A stretch of DNA of 64,000 bases from Trypanosoma brucei (lineage: Eukaryota): positions 1,376,001-1,440,000 of the forward strand of contig CP000070.1 of assembly GCA_000002445.1 (NCBI GenBank), given 5' to 3'. A program made the translations under genes and the position numbers. This document shows, piece after piece, positions 22,501-32,757 of this stretch (positions are counted from its first letter, which is position 1; every line of letters begins with the position of its first letter). Below the pieces are notes generated by a model. The model did no database searches and was not told the origin of the DNA. It saw nothing but the letters and a program-made list of their open reading frames with translations.

Positions 22501-25500
22501 ATGCGGAGCGAATAGAACAGCTGATTCAGCGGCTCTGCCAACTACATGAGAGAGTGCTGGCAGGTTACACTTACATGCGCTTCGTTCCTGCCCGTGCACG
22601 CAGCAAGGGAAGTACCCTGTTTGCGCTTGCGCATCTCTTTGGTTGTACCGATGCAGCCTATGCGGGATTGACCACACAACAATTAAGGCGCGATGAGGAC
22701 ACGTTCTTTCAAACCATATTCACACCCGCAACCTGCAAGGTTTGTTTTGGGCAGCATGCGTGGAAGGCTTGCCCGATTATAACGCGGGATTTCTCTACAA
22801 CGAAGCGCCAATCCATTACAATGTCTCCGAAAGAAAAGCAGGAAGCAGTGCTGCAGCAACTTAGGCAGGCAGTGGAGGCTGCGGTGCAACATGGGGCGGA
22901 GAGCAGCCGTCTCGTCGTCGGTGCATACACGGCTTTTGTGAAATCACCCTACCGCGAGCTTTTTTCGGAGACACACAGCCGGGACGTGAATCGCCTGTCC
23001 ATGCTGTTGAGTCGGTACCAACAGTTCCGTCGTGCAGCCTTCGTCCTCTGCCACATTCCGTTACACCTTCGCGACGATGGGGCGTATATGGCTATGGTTC
23101 CATATTTTAACGTTCCTGTGGAGGACGCGCGGGAGTTATTGAGGAAACGGAGTCCCTTGGGTGTTGCGGATGGGACACATCCCAACTTTGTTCAGGTTGC
23201 TGTAACGTGCTGCATGTGTCTTGACGAGCGTCATGCTTCGTTCGAATGCCCGAGACTACTGAAGTGGATTGGAGAAATTGAGGAGCTGAGTGCATCGCAA
23301 AAAAACGGATCGGCAACTTCAGGAGCCCTTGTCGATGTCGTGGCCGCACAGGAGCTGTCCAAGCGATTGCGGGCGCAAGTAGACGGGTGGACCTCTGCGG
23401 GTCCTGAGAGACTACATGCATTTTACCGTTTCCTCCTCCAACGTATAGACGACTTCCAGAAGGACCCGTACGACACATTGCAAACCGACGGTGACGAGCA
23501 TGGTCATCGCCAAGTTGACTCTTGTGTAGTGGGTTCACCACTGAACATGTTGCAACTGCGGAGGCTCGACATGGACGACCCTATTGTCTATGCCATTAAT
23601 AAAGCTATCAGTAAGCTCGCGCTTGCTAAACAGGAAAAGAGTGCTTATCGGTTATATGCGAGGTCTCCCGTGGTTTTCGTGTCCAGTGGGGTAACCTCCA
23701 CAATGCTTCGAATGGCTGGCTACTCTGAAAAAGGTATCCGTACACTAAGTCACAATCACGTGGACGGTAGTGGAAGCTCACAAACATCACTATCTTCATC
23801 TTTGTCTGCGTCAGATGAATCATCAACATTAGGTGTTTCTACCGAAGGTGCACGTTCGGCGGCTGTGCCGATGCGAAATTGTTGCCTTTTGTGCTTTGAC
23901 AGCGAGCACACGTACTTCGACTGCCCAGAATTAATTGCACAACCGACTACTGCAGCTAAACTTGAATATGTAGTTGTGCACGTCGGTGGCATCCGAAGCG
24001 TGTTGGATGGCGTTCGGGCTGCCGCAGCGTACGTTTATCATACATACAACCTGGGACAGCTCACGAGTGATTTGCTTCGTGCACACCCCTCGTTAGTTCG
24101 TTCGCTTCTTCGGCTTGTCCGACGTTGCTTTGCTTGTGGTCTTGTTGGCTCCGGCGTCCGCATCCTGCGGCGTCTCCCTGTGGAAATGGTTCCACCCATA
24201 TCGCCCTATACGGACCTTTGGCGTGCCGCCGGTTTGGGAGAGGAGGTTGTCATCAGTCGACGAGCGCAGTTGCAGGCCCTGTTTGCTGCAGAAGGCTTGG
24301 AGCCGCGCATTGAAACTCCACCCGCTCGCCAGACGTACTCCAACAGGTTTGTTTCCGCTTTGAGTCATGTGCTTCACGATGATCTCTGTCGGCACTGCTA
24401 CCAGCACGGTCACTCACTTGCCACCTGTAGCGTATTCCATGCAGAAGTGAGTTTCGGACGGGATTACGTAGCGGCTTATCGTATGAGTATGATGTCCGAG
24501 CAGCTAGACGACGACTGGCGCGACGCCTACCTTCTGAAACTTGTTGACTTTTTCCTCATGCATAAGGTTCTTATGCCGTACCATATTGTTGGGGTCACGA
24601 ATGCGCTGAACGCGATCGCGGCCATGTGGAGCTTCCGTGGTGAGCCTGGCATCGCGATACGGCATCTACTGAACATTCCACCCGCGTACCGCAGACGACA
24701 GGCGTTCGCGTACATATTACAAGCAGTGGGCGTACCAGTAGACGAAGCCAAGCGCGTTCTCGCTAATGTTTACTTTTCTCCAAGTGAGTTGTCATCCTCG
24801 AATAAACCAAGTGGTAGCTCAGCTTCTGCCTCTGCCTCTGCCTCTGCTGGTTCCGGTTCCGGTTCTGGTGCTGAAAGCGGCAGTGCCGTGGCACAACACC
24901 TTTTGATGCCTAAACCTGCCATTCGTGATGTGGCGATGACGGCTGTATTTAATCAGTTTCCCGACGCACTTGCTGCGTTGGAAGGGAGTGAAGGACGCAT
25001 GGAGGCAATACGCCGCCGAAACGCAACACAGAAGATAACGAAGGGTTCCAAGGCTGAAGGGGGGAATATGAAGACTACCTCGGTGGGAGGCGCAGCGCGT
25101 ATGGCAGAATCCTCGTTGGGGGAAGAACCATCAGTACCGAGTGTGTCTCTCTCACGCCGCCCGGTGCAAAGTGGCGATATCACGACAGTTCGTGAAAACT
25201 TTGACCCGGTCCTCACAGAATTGGAGCTAGCAGTGGGTATGAAACTTGGAAGTCGACACGTACTCTTTACAAGCGCAGTTGACATTCTCGCTGCTGTCGT
25301 TGCCCCGAAGGAAACTGAGGGTGGCAGCGGGAAGGTACAGCAGCCGGCGGTGACAACCACAGTCGTTGTCCCACCACAGGCAGCTTCCCCTCCACCTTCA
25401 GAAAATCCCGCGTCGAAGTTGTCGCCAGAATCCACGGTGGCCATCCCACGGAGCGATGCCTGTGGTCATCCTCACACACGGGAGGAACCTGAAATTGTTA

Positions 25501-25760
25501 CCGTCTTTAGTGGCGAAACGGCAGGGGGAGGTGGTTCAGGAAGGGGAAGCCACCAGCGCTGGGGTGTTGGATCTGATGGTCTTAAACCCTCCTCTTCACC
25601 GTCTAACAGCCCCGGAGGTGATCACGGAAAGTACAGCTCGAGTCAACACTTCCAAACGCAGCAACACTACACACAAAAGGGCCGTTATCACGAGAGGCAG
25701 CGGCGCCGTCAGCGAGAGCGGGATGTGGGTAACAACGGCAATCACGCCCGAAAACGGTGA
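19554..25760 (+). CDS. Large (about 2068 aa) zinc-finger protein: one RanBP2-type ZnF plus four dispersed CCHC-type knuckles; helical-repeat-like N-terminal region
   Basis: The track start at 19494 is GTG, and the first ATG is at 19554. RanBP2-type W-x-C-x2-C-x3-N-x6-C-x2-C motif WTCVWCHEQNTGWGSRTQCGAC at about 22251-22320. CCHC knuckles: CKVCFGQHAWKAC (about 22731), CMCLDERHASFEC (about 23210), CLLCFDSEHTYFDC (about 23885), CRHCYQHGHSLATC (about 24390). Coding Ser/Ala/Gly microsatellite at about 24800-24880. Confidence 0.7.
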   Translation: MRPTSYLAHAAPSTTSSSAAAVATALGKTKTRLSPQQSSFTSLTPSHLRHGGPQAAEQLMRLGRVFVPVTYLPGSSGYQTAQTPGVSPTLRRSRRYEPYGSLLQMYMERGFTDLDALLFHPEAPSPMELLLSVLRHRTACLQLTQKALTATISRPRHTSSAGAASYTLQTVYHILKNHCPYLYDTASVRVLLCQALLCERLFSDAIELLQGMPDSWITPGLWQVVMEAAADGKVPHSPLLWKLLTLSPAKTPGEGRVVRTGQRVPEQLRRGMSARAAEVVSRSFVNRGESMDEAAKAHGVHQNSDTVTFSSFEVRPLSIVQITRGGNQLEWCHLSTSEVGYAEQHYRALRNLRGWGHGVLRLGRGDHLMEGVVYGLDAFLASRLMLRANVSFFGQASPLIALHILRRYIRTCHALRKTPARSSVVKGTGSDGTSELGTNSDWLKYHQPSSTSGSPGVSTSDTQASDIEDFIHPSPFLLFFKVVRETRDVLPGGGGTLASAGHSGTSGGVPTAGLPMIHWELVWRYFQTLNRECPNWHTIIPEKAGDLSQYVIDVLCRGADPWMTLNVARAVSSRHIVDGLDMSLWLLHRLDPSHHMEEARDVTRKVFRWLLTDVGVHLLPQLHHNLIPAARVLVRLGLQDELRQLYNGVLDNVYLFAEDFRAEFLHVMMDLVCPSCSSILSAQDVYAERVCSICLTIIPAKDAGSLPSFQLSSEHISRLREKRKVVRLSERKRLHESICCWSKRGENSRETAAGATNVGKHAASPVFPPLDASSVFKKEILSDTAPLLPGVPVAARNVLLLPGGGGADGAGSCVSEGGGPSASFDVYAAMEESSHRLQLQEAARRYALAQRGVVLPARHSAAFPSPVLSTSSVSTSSAHFSPEKQRQGFMIPSMCVDGPWTCVWCHEQNTGWGSRTQCGACGAETGPSALWRHFAYATSTGDIMEEVRARVANSAERPVDAVVAGYLLMVYRRTFLLRATPHDAERIEQLIQRLCQLHERVLAGYTYMRFVPARARSKGSTLFALAHLFGCTDAAYAGLTTQQLRRDEDTFFQTIFTPATCKVCFGQHAWKACPIITRDFSTTKRQSITMSPKEKQEAVLQQLRQAVEAAVQHGAESSRLVVGAYTAFVKSPYRELFSETHSRDVNRLSMLLSRYQQFRRAAFVLCHIPLHLRDDGAYMAMVPYFNVPVEDARELLRKRSPLGVADGTHPNFVQVAVTCCMCLDERHASFECPRLLKWIGEIEELSASQKNGSATSGALVDVVAAQELSKRLRAQVDGWTSAGPERLHAFYRFLLQRIDDFQKDPYDTLQTDGDEHGHRQVDSCVVGSPLNMLQLRRLDMDDPIVYAINKAISKLALAKQEKSAYRLYARSPVVFVSSGVTSTMLRMAGYSEKGIRTLSHNHVDGSGSSQTSLSSSLSASDESSTLGVSTEGARSAAVPMRNCCLLCFDSEHTYFDCPELIAQPTTAAKLEYVVVHVGGIRSVLDGVRAAAAYVYHTYNLGQLTSDLLRAHPSLVRSLLRLVRRCFACGLVGSGVRILRRLPVEMVPPISPYTDLWRAAGLGEEVVISRRAQLQALFAAEGLEPRIETPPARQTYSNRFVSALSHVLHDDLCRHCYQHGHSLATCSVFHAEVSFGRDYVAAYRMSMMSEQLDDDWRDAYLLKLVDFFLMHKVLMPYHIVGVTNALNAIAAMWSFRGEPGIAIRHLLNIPPAYRRRQAFAYILQAVGVPVDEAKRVLANVYFSPSELSSSNKPSGSSASASASASAGSGSGSGAESGSAVAQHLLMPKPAIRDVAMTAVFNQFPDALAALEGSEGRMEAIRRRNATQKITKGSKAEGGNMKTTSVGGAARMAESSLGEEPSVPSVSLSRRPVQSGDITTVRENFDPVLTELELAVGMKLGSRHVLFTSAVDILAAVVAPKETEGGSGKVQQPAVTTTVVVPPQAASPPPSENPASKLSPESTVAIPRSDACGHPHTREEPEIVTVFSGETAGGGGSGRGSHQRWGVGSDGLKPSSSPSNSPGGDHGKYSSSQHFQTQQHYTQKGRYHERQRRRQRERDVGNNGNHARKR

Positions 25761-26789
25761 GATTCTGTTGCATTGGTGTTGTACTCTGATAAATATATAC
25801 GTCCCTATTCTGTATGATTGTCAAGACACCTCCGATCTGCCGTGGTTTCCTGTGCAATCATATGTGCGGACGCGTACACTCGTACACACAAGAGGTTTAA
25901 GAATGTAACTTTATATTTTCCGACATTCTTTATCGTCACCTTTATAATTTGCATTTGAGTTTCGAAAATGTTGCACCTGTGGATCGGGGCATGCGTTGTT
26001 TTTGTTTGTGTTTATTTCCTTTTCATCGCTCGCGTGTGTGCCGTTGCAAGGCGAATGGGCAAGCGTGAGGATGCGAAATGCTGGTGGAGATGTAGTGGAC
26101 ATCCTGGAAGTGTTGTTTTAGTTATTTCCTTGTTTCGCTCACTTACAACTTCTTCTGCCCCTTTTTGTACCGCGCTTTGCTGCTTTCATCGATTTGATGA
26201 GCGCCGTTGCCACCTTTTCGCTTTTTTCCCCTCTGGGAAAGGTGGGGAGATTTTTGTAGCAGGACCACGTGACTGCGGGGCGGTCATGAGTGTATTTTCG
26301 TGGGGATTGCGCTCTATTCTAAAATGCATTAGCACGACTGGTCAAGTCTGTAACAAACTATTTTTTATTCCTATTTTTTATTTTCTCTTCTTTCTTTTGT
26401 TCATCTGTATCGTCGTTGCAACTTTCTTTCCCTTTCAACACTCCTTTGAAAAAAGAAAAAGCGCACTGTCTGTTGTATATCACTTTGCTTCTCGCGACTG
26501 TTACTTGCAGGTTCGCATTAACTGGTGTGAAGGTAGTTTAGCCCTTGGTGTTATTTTGGGTAAAGAAAGGTGATCAAGGAAGTGAAAAACGAAAACGAAA
26601 GGGGAAAACGTGAGAGTGGGTGGGGAGGAATCGTCGCAACAAACTGTCACCAAAATACAGATTCACCAAAAGTTTCGATTATTGTACGTAAATTGAAGCA
26701 AATTAGCCCACTCACTTTCCTCCCCTCCTTCCTTCGTGAGTGTGGTGAATTTGAAGGTGTGTGCCGAGGGGGGAAAAAAGGAGAGTGCT

Positions 26790-29030
26790 ATGTCTCACAG
26801 CCAGAACAGCACCTCTCAAGGCAGCACTCTTCCTGGTGATTCCCTTTGTGGTGAAGAGGGTTTTGCTCATTATGGCCATGACGACGGTGCAACGGTCCCG
26901 CTAGGAGCGGGCGGTGGCTGCAGCGTTAGTGATTCATCTTCAGCGCACCCTCCGCATCGGGGTATTTATCTCAAACCGAATGTTTTCATGATTAACGGCA
27001 CTGCGGGGCATCTAATGGATTTGTATTACTTGTCCAACTCAAACGCCACCCACGGGTTTGGTGACTCGACATGCGTAAGGACGGCATCCCCACCGTTTTG
27101 GTGGGGTTATAAGCCTCCAAACTCTCCGACAGTTTTGGTGTCCTTCAAGTACTCCATCTGGACAGCCGTAGAAAAACAAATCTACGATATCGTAGCCTCC
27201 GAAGAATTCACAGATGCTGAAGTTGTCGCTAATGTTGAAGCTTTAGGTTGCTCCCATGGGGAGAAGTGTTGGCTCCAGAAAGCCGCTGGGGCTTTAGCAA
27301 CGAACCTTCGGGAGAATCGCCTTTTGGCTGGTCAGTTCGCTGCCGAGTTCCTTTCTCCCGATGTGTATTTGGGCAGGGGTGACATTACATGTTTCCTTAA
27401 TGGCGGTGGTGAGTGGGAAGGGCGCAACATTCCGGTGCTGCAACCGGGTATGGAAACGGCGTTGCGTGCAATGCGGCCGGGCGATGAGTTTGGTTTTATT
27501 ATTCGTGGACGCCGGTTGGGGTTTCAAGGAGGCTCATACCCCTCTATGTATAGCACTGGTGGGGCCGGCACTTACAACTATAATCGGTGCACGTCCTTTC
27601 CGCAGTGTTACTTCATTCACATTAGCCTTAACAAAGCCGTCCCGCGAGAAACGACGAGTATGCTCCCTCTCCAGCGGTATGTTTTAGATGTTCCATTTTG
27701 CACGGATAATGTTGGAAGAGCCTGCTGCACAGCGCCACAATTAGAAGGTTGCAGTGGTACCGTGTTTTCTGCAGGCCTTGAGAGTGGGACATTTTCACAT
27801 TTCTACAGTTTTTTTCACGGGTCACTTAGTTTTTTGGGTCCCCGCGGTATTGTTTCCAAAGAGGGCGGCCAAGGCGTTAGCCGAAAATGGGATTCGGCAG
27901 AATATCAAGCTGCGCGCCGAGCCTTTTGCATGGCAATGACGACGGCGTTGGAGGGTTGTCTGGAGGGCCGTTTAGTGGGTGGGATGTGCGGTGGTGGTGT
28001 GGAGGAGCGACCAACTCATGAGGATGCGTTGTCATTTCTTCATGAGTGCTTCTTCACCAAACCACGTGGCGATGCAACAGTGTCTTTCAGTGTCGCGCGT
28101 ATAGGACCGTTAGCAGATCGGGAGTTATCCTCAGAACGGTTGGACAACGTGAAGCTTGGGACTTTGGTCACTCCGCTTTGGTTAGACATGTCGCTGCAAA
28201 GTATGGCGGCGGGTGAGCGCGACTTAATCAACTCATGGTTTGAATCAGACAACGATCCACTGTTTCACCTCTATTTTGTGGGTTGCCACCGTGCGGCCAT
28301 GGTCGTGCAATTTTGGGAGTCTGAAAGGGAACGGCGATCGGGTTGTATAGAGGCTCTTGCGGAGGACCAGTTGCAGCAAAGCTCAGTAGGTGCTAACAAT
28401 GCTCCACCAAAGCCAATTCTTGATGGGAATGTCACAACGAAACATGATCTCAGCTGCCGCATTACCCTTCATAGTTTCACCAACAGGTATACCGTAGATG
28501 ATTTCTTTTTTGTGAACCCCCTCTCGTCCCTGCAGACGGTGAGGGGCTTACTTGACGAAATCTCCGGGTTGTGCCCACTAGTCAAATCCTGCGAGGGGCT
28601 AGAATCTCTGGCACACGCGGTAGATAGTGAGATCAGTAGTTGTAGCAGCGACAGCAGTGAAAGGCAGGTTGAAGGGGCTGTGCCACTAGAATTCAACCAA
28701 CCGACTCCAACACAATCGGCACCGAAGGTTATAAATATCCATCCAGCGCCGTTTGGTAGCGTCCCTCCCAATCGTGATGCCTTTCGTAGTGTTGTTAAGG
28801 CTATACACAAAGTATGTTTTACAATACTGCTGCTGACATTTTATGTCGATGTGGATAATATGCTTGCGAAGGGTGTTGCACCATCGCTGCTGAAGGAACG
28901 TGAAAATGTGCTCCCCGACTGTTTTAAACTTCTAGGTTGCTTGTATGCAAAGTTGAAGAGGAAGTTCAACATCCACTTCTGTGAGGATGCCTTCTGTGCG
29001 GCTTCCTTGCTGGTGCAGAATGATGACTGA
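26790..29030 (+). CDS. Hypothetical protein (weak FKBP-like segment)
   Basis: The track start at 26736 is GTG, and the first ATG is at 26790 (MSHSQNST). 746 aa. The segment GMETALRAMRPGDEFGFIIRGRRLGFQGG weakly resembles the FKBP PPIase core (GWEEGV.QM..G....L.I). Confidence 0.55.
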   Translation: MSHSQNSTSQGSTLPGDSLCGEEGFAHYGHDDGATVPLGAGGGCSVSDSSSAHPPHRGIYLKPNVFMINGTAGHLMDLYYLSNSNATHGFGDSTCVRTASPPFWWGYKPPNSPTVLVSFKYSIWTAVEKQIYDIVASEEFTDAEVVANVEALGCSHGEKCWLQKAAGALATNLRENRLLAGQFAAEFLSPDVYLGRGDITCFLNGGGEWEGRNIPVLQPGMETALRAMRPGDEFGFIIRGRRLGFQGGSYPSMYSTGGAGTYNYNRCTSFPQCYFIHISLNKAVPRETTSMLPLQRYVLDVPFCTDNVGRACCTAPQLEGCSGTVFSAGLESGTFSHFYSFFHGSLSFLGPRGIVSKEGGQGVSRKWDSAEYQAARRAFCMAMTTALEGCLEGRLVGGMCGGGVEERPTHEDALSFLHECFFTKPRGDATVSFSVARIGPLADRELSSERLDNVKLGTLVTPLWLDMSLQSMAAGERDLINSWFESDNDPLFHLYFVGCHRAAMVVQFWESERERRSGCIEALAEDQLQQSSVGANNAPPKPILDGNVTTKHDLSCRITLHSFTNRYTVDDFFFVNPLSSLQTVRGLLDEISGLCPLVKSCEGLESLAHAVDSEISSCSSDSSERQVEGAVPLEFNQPTPTQSAPKVINIHPAPFGSVPPNRDAFRSVVKAIHKVCFTILLLTFYVDVDNMLAKGVAPSLLKERENVLPDCFKLLGCLYAKLKRKFNIHFCEDAFCAASLLVQNDD

Positions 29031-30630
29031 GAAGGACGGTTTTACTGCGGGAATCCTTGTGATTGCACACTAAATGATTGACTGTTGCCACAACCCGGAA
29101 ACTGATGTGTGAGTGGCGAGTGTTAGGGATGACTACACCAATCTGGAAGTGGTTCTTTTCCCTTTCTTTGGTTTTGTATTTGTGAGTGTGCTCGATTGCT
29201 GAGGCTTGGGTTAGGAGGAGGATTGTCCTTTGCCAGCTGAATTCTTCATTTTCTCCATTTATTTAGGTCTTCCTTATCCTCCCTTTAAAAAAGGAACATA
29301 ATTTATGTATCTCTTAACGCTTTTTCAGCGGCGGAATGGATGAAGTGCGGAGAATTCCGTGAATTTCTTTGGTTCCTTACCCCCACCCCTAATTCCTCGG
29401 AAACGGTGGTGCTGGGGTGCGTTTTTTCTCCCAATTCAAGTGCCTGTCATGGATGAGACGTGCTGTGTGAAAGTGCAAAACCAACGTAGATTGTGCATGC
29501 GTTTGTCTGCTCGTATAAATGCAAAGCAATTAGCTCGAAAGAGGAAGCTTATCTCTTTGTTGGCTTCGTTTAATAGCATGGCTCTTTGTGATGCAAACTA
29601 GTCTTGGTGAAAGGCTGTTTTTTCAAGGGCTTCTGGTAGCTGATAGAAAAAAGGACTTTTTTGCTCCCATTTGCTTCGCACTACAAATGCGTCAGGACCT
29701 CCCCAAGAAGTTACGGCCTGCGTGGGTGTACGCCTTGGGCTTACGCGCATGGTGCCAGTGCTCGAGTGGAGCGGGTGATTTTAACAGGGGAAGGGACAAG
29801 GAGGGAGTGATGACACACACGCACATGATTATGACATTGGCAAGACAACTATTTTCTTTTTCTTTTTGCCTTTATTTATTACTGCGTCGCGACACCTCTC
29901 TCTTTTCCCCGTGCCCCCCTTCCCTTCCAGGGTGATCTTTCCCTGATATTTCGCTATCGCATACGATTGAGTTGTGCTTCATATCTTTTTGTTTGTTATA
30001 ATGTCTACATTTGTGAGTGGTCATTGCCATTGTTTGTTCACTGTTCAGTTCATTTCCCCCCTTTTCTTCCGCGAGCTATTTATTCCTTTATCATTTTCAG
30101 TTCTTTTTGTTGTTATTGCGAGCTCCCCTCCCCACACTTTCTTTTTTTATTATCTGTTTCCGGAGCCCTGTGCTGCGCTGTACGTGCCAGTCCCATACGG
30201 GGTGGCGTCACCATGAAAGAGGCTCGTTGGATGGATTGCTTGCGCCGCGTCGGCGTTTACGCGCAGTTACGGTGAACGAAAAAGAGTGATACGAATAATG
30301 AAAAGGAATGAAGGAAGAACCACCAGGAGTGCAGTTTGTACAAGTGTTGAATTCGGGCCTTTTTTCTTTCCTTATCCTTTCCCTCTTTGGCACACATGAT
30401 AGGGGACCTACTGTACATAAATCTGTGTATATGTGTGCGCGTGAGAACTGCCAAGATGCAAAAAGATGGGTTTCGCAACCTTTTGCCATGTGCCACACAT
30501 GCTCTTCTCATCAAACCCCTTTTTCATTGCTTAAGGGAGTGTTGTGTGAACAATATACAGACAGCTGTAGATTGATTACATTTTTAATACGGCTGAGCAG
30601 CGGCAGGAGACGTAATATACAAACTCCACC

Positions 30631-32757
30631 ATGAATGTCGATGGTACTGTCCAACAAGCCCGTGTGGGTGTTGTTGTACACCGAGCGGAGTCTCTTGTTG
30701 GACTGAGCGCGAGTGGGACGTCGAATCCCTTTGTTTCCGTTTCGGTTGGCGCGACAGTCCTCAGTACTCCTGTTGTGCAGAATAGCACAAACCCCACATT
30801 CGAGGCTGCTTTTAACTTCCCCGAATGCCCTATTCCAACTATTCTGACACTTCGTGTATTTCACAAGGAGGCCGGTGGGGTAGAGAGTCCACTCGGCAGT
30901 GCAACGCTTACGCTGTTTTCGCCGTCCGCGATGACTCGCCGACAAGTACAACTGGGACATGGTGGTAGCGTTGTTTTGTCTCAGAAGGCCCGTGACGGAT
31001 GCGGATCGCTAGACATTTCTTATGAGGTAGTGGCGCCAACGTCCTATAAAGCAACTGCATCGGAACAACGAAAATCTGTTGACGACGATCTACCTTCGTT
31101 TTTGAGGGATGACGCGGGGGCGGAAACCCTAACTTCAGCATTTACGGCATTCTCCCAACCTCCACCACCACCAGCTGCTGCAATACCGAAACCACCAGAA
31201 TTTGGAGCTGTTCCTCCACCACCACCAGCTGCTGCAATACCGAAACCACCAGAATTTGGAGCTGTTCCACCACCACCACCAGCTGCTTCAATACCGAAAC
31301 CACCAGAATTTGGAGCTGTTCCACCACCACCACCAGCTGCTTCAATACCGAAACCACCAGAATTTGGAGCTGTTCCACCACCACCACCAGCTGCTGCAAT
31401 ACCGAAGCCACCAGAATTTGGAGCTGTACCACCACCACCACCAGTTGCTGCAATACCGAAGCCACCAGAATTTGGAGCTGTTCCACCACCACCACCAGCT
31501 GCTTCAATACCGAAACCACCAGAATTTGGAGCTGTTCCACCACCACCACCAGCTGCTGCAATACCGAAGCCACCAGAATTTGGAGCTGTTCCACCACCAC
31601 CACCACCAACTGCTGCAATACCGAAGCCACCAGAATTTGGAACTGTTGCCCCACCCGTCCCCGTCGTGGTACCCTCCACCTCTGGACAATCATTTATTGC
31701 GAGTGCGGCTTTTGCAAATGAGGACTCTTCTGAGACGTCACCACCACCTTCGTCTTCAACTATGCCGGACACTGGGGGCACCTCTCACTCATCTCACCGC
31801 GGTTATTCATCTGCATCGTCCCCCAACAGCACCAATCATACGCAGCTGCAGAGGCAGCAAATGGCATCGGCATCGTCAACGGGAGCGACATCGACATCTC
31901 TTCATACTTCATCGAATCATTCAAGCACCGCACCCCCGCCACCACTTCAGGCACAAAAGGAACCGCCACTTCATGGAGTAGATAAGACTTCGCGGGCTCC
32001 TTCGGGGTCAGCTTCCGTTGAACCAACCGCAAAGGATAGTGATAAATCGCAGAAGAAAGTAAGAATAGCCACGAATGCGAAGGACCGCCCAACTAGTGCT
32101 GGAACCGCTGCAAACACGAAACCACCACTGCGGCAACCTTCAGAATCAGGAAGGGGGAGATCGTGTTCGTCTGTGAGTCCAACCCGCGAAGCACGACGGA
32201 CTTCGTCGGCACAGGGAGGTCGCTCCTCTCCCTACGTCCATGGACCCGTTGTGAAAAAAGTGAACAACTTCACGGCACAGGGGACGACACTGCTTTCTGC
32301 AGCACGGCGTTCTGCCAACTTTCAGGTTCCTACGATTTATCAGTACCCTGAAGAGTTGCTTGCAGCCGCCTCTCAAGGTGATGTTGCGGTGTTTCAGAGA
32401 CTACGAGAGGAGGACCCACAACTCTCACGTGGTTTTGAGAAAGTGCGTGACTATTCAGGTCGGACCATCCTGCATATTGCTGCATGGTATGGACACGTGC
32501 AGGTGCTGAAGATATTGCTGCAACCCACTCCGGTGGCTCCGCTTCTTGAGTTACGTGCCCTTCGGTCGGTGAATGGAAACACAATCCTCCACAGCGCAGC
32601 TCAGGGAGGGAGAGTGGATGCAGTGCAGTGGCTTCGGTTTAGTACCGCCGCAGCGTCCCTCATTGGACAGAGAAATGCGCGCGGTATCACGGCAACTGAG
32701 TGTGCTAGGGAAGCGGGCTTCTCGAATGTGGCTTTGATGTTGGCTGAAACAATGTAA
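30631..32757 (+). CDS. C2-domain protein with 9 x 18-aa proline-rich tandem repeats and C-terminal ankyrin repeats
   Basis: ATG at 30631. N-terminal C2-like beta-sandwich signature (VVVHRAESLVGLSASGTSNPFVSVSVG...NPTFEAAFNF...LTLRVFH). Repeat unit IPKPPEFGAVPPPPPAA(A/S). C-terminal ankyrin repeats (GRTILHIAAWYGHVQVLKILL, GNTILHSAAQGGRVDAVQWL). Confidence 0.8.
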   Translation: MNVDGTVQQARVGVVVHRAESLVGLSASGTSNPFVSVSVGATVLSTPVVQNSTNPTFEAAFNFPECPIPTILTLRVFHKEAGGVESPLGSATLTLFSPSAMTRRQVQLGHGGSVVLSQKARDGCGSLDISYEVVAPTSYKATASEQRKSVDDDLPSFLRDDAGAETLTSAFTAFSQPPPPPAAAIPKPPEFGAVPPPPPAAAIPKPPEFGAVPPPPPAASIPKPPEFGAVPPPPPAASIPKPPEFGAVPPPPPAAAIPKPPEFGAVPPPPPVAAIPKPPEFGAVPPPPPAASIPKPPEFGAVPPPPPAAAIPKPPEFGAVPPPPPPTAAIPKPPEFGTVAPPVPVVVPSTSGQSFIASAAFANEDSSETSPPPSSSTMPDTGGTSHSSHRGYSSASSPNSTNHTQLQRQQMASASSTGATSTSLHTSSNHSSTAPPPPLQAQKEPPLHGVDKTSRAPSGSASVEPTAKDSDKSQKKVRIATNAKDRPTSAGTAANTKPPLRQPSESGRGRSCSSVSPTREARRTSSAQGGRSSPYVHGPVVKKVNNFTAQGTTLLSAARRSANFQVPTIYQYPEELLAAASQGDVAVFQRLREEDPQLSRGFEKVRDYSGRTILHIAAWYGHVQVLKILLQPTPVAPLLELRALRSVNGNTILHSAAQGGRVDAVQWLRFSTAAASLIGQRNARGITATECAREAGFSNVALMLAETM
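31160..31645 (+). repeat. 54-bp coding tandem repeat, about 9 copies (proline-rich 18-aa unit), with minor A/S/V/T variants
   Basis: Direct inspection: ccaccaccaccagctgct(g/t)caataccgaa(a/g)ccaccagaatttggagctgtt is iterated with period 54. Confidence 0.9.

Noticed and set aside
25968-26573. 201-aa + strand ORF in the intergenic region (Cys/Phe-rich)
   Set aside because: It lies between two genes in a T-rich UTR or splice-signal region. Its composition comes from polyY translation, and it has no domain signal.
31044-31781. 245-aa and 183-aa minus-strand ORFs (Gly-rich GGGGGTAPNSGGFGIAA repeats) plus a +2-frame 259-aa ORF (HHHHQLLQYRNHQNLELF repeats)
   Set aside because: These are alternative-frame or antisense readings of the 54-bp tandem repeat inside the C2/ankyrin gene. 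Repeats keep every frame open, and the sense frame is continuous with flanking conserved domains.
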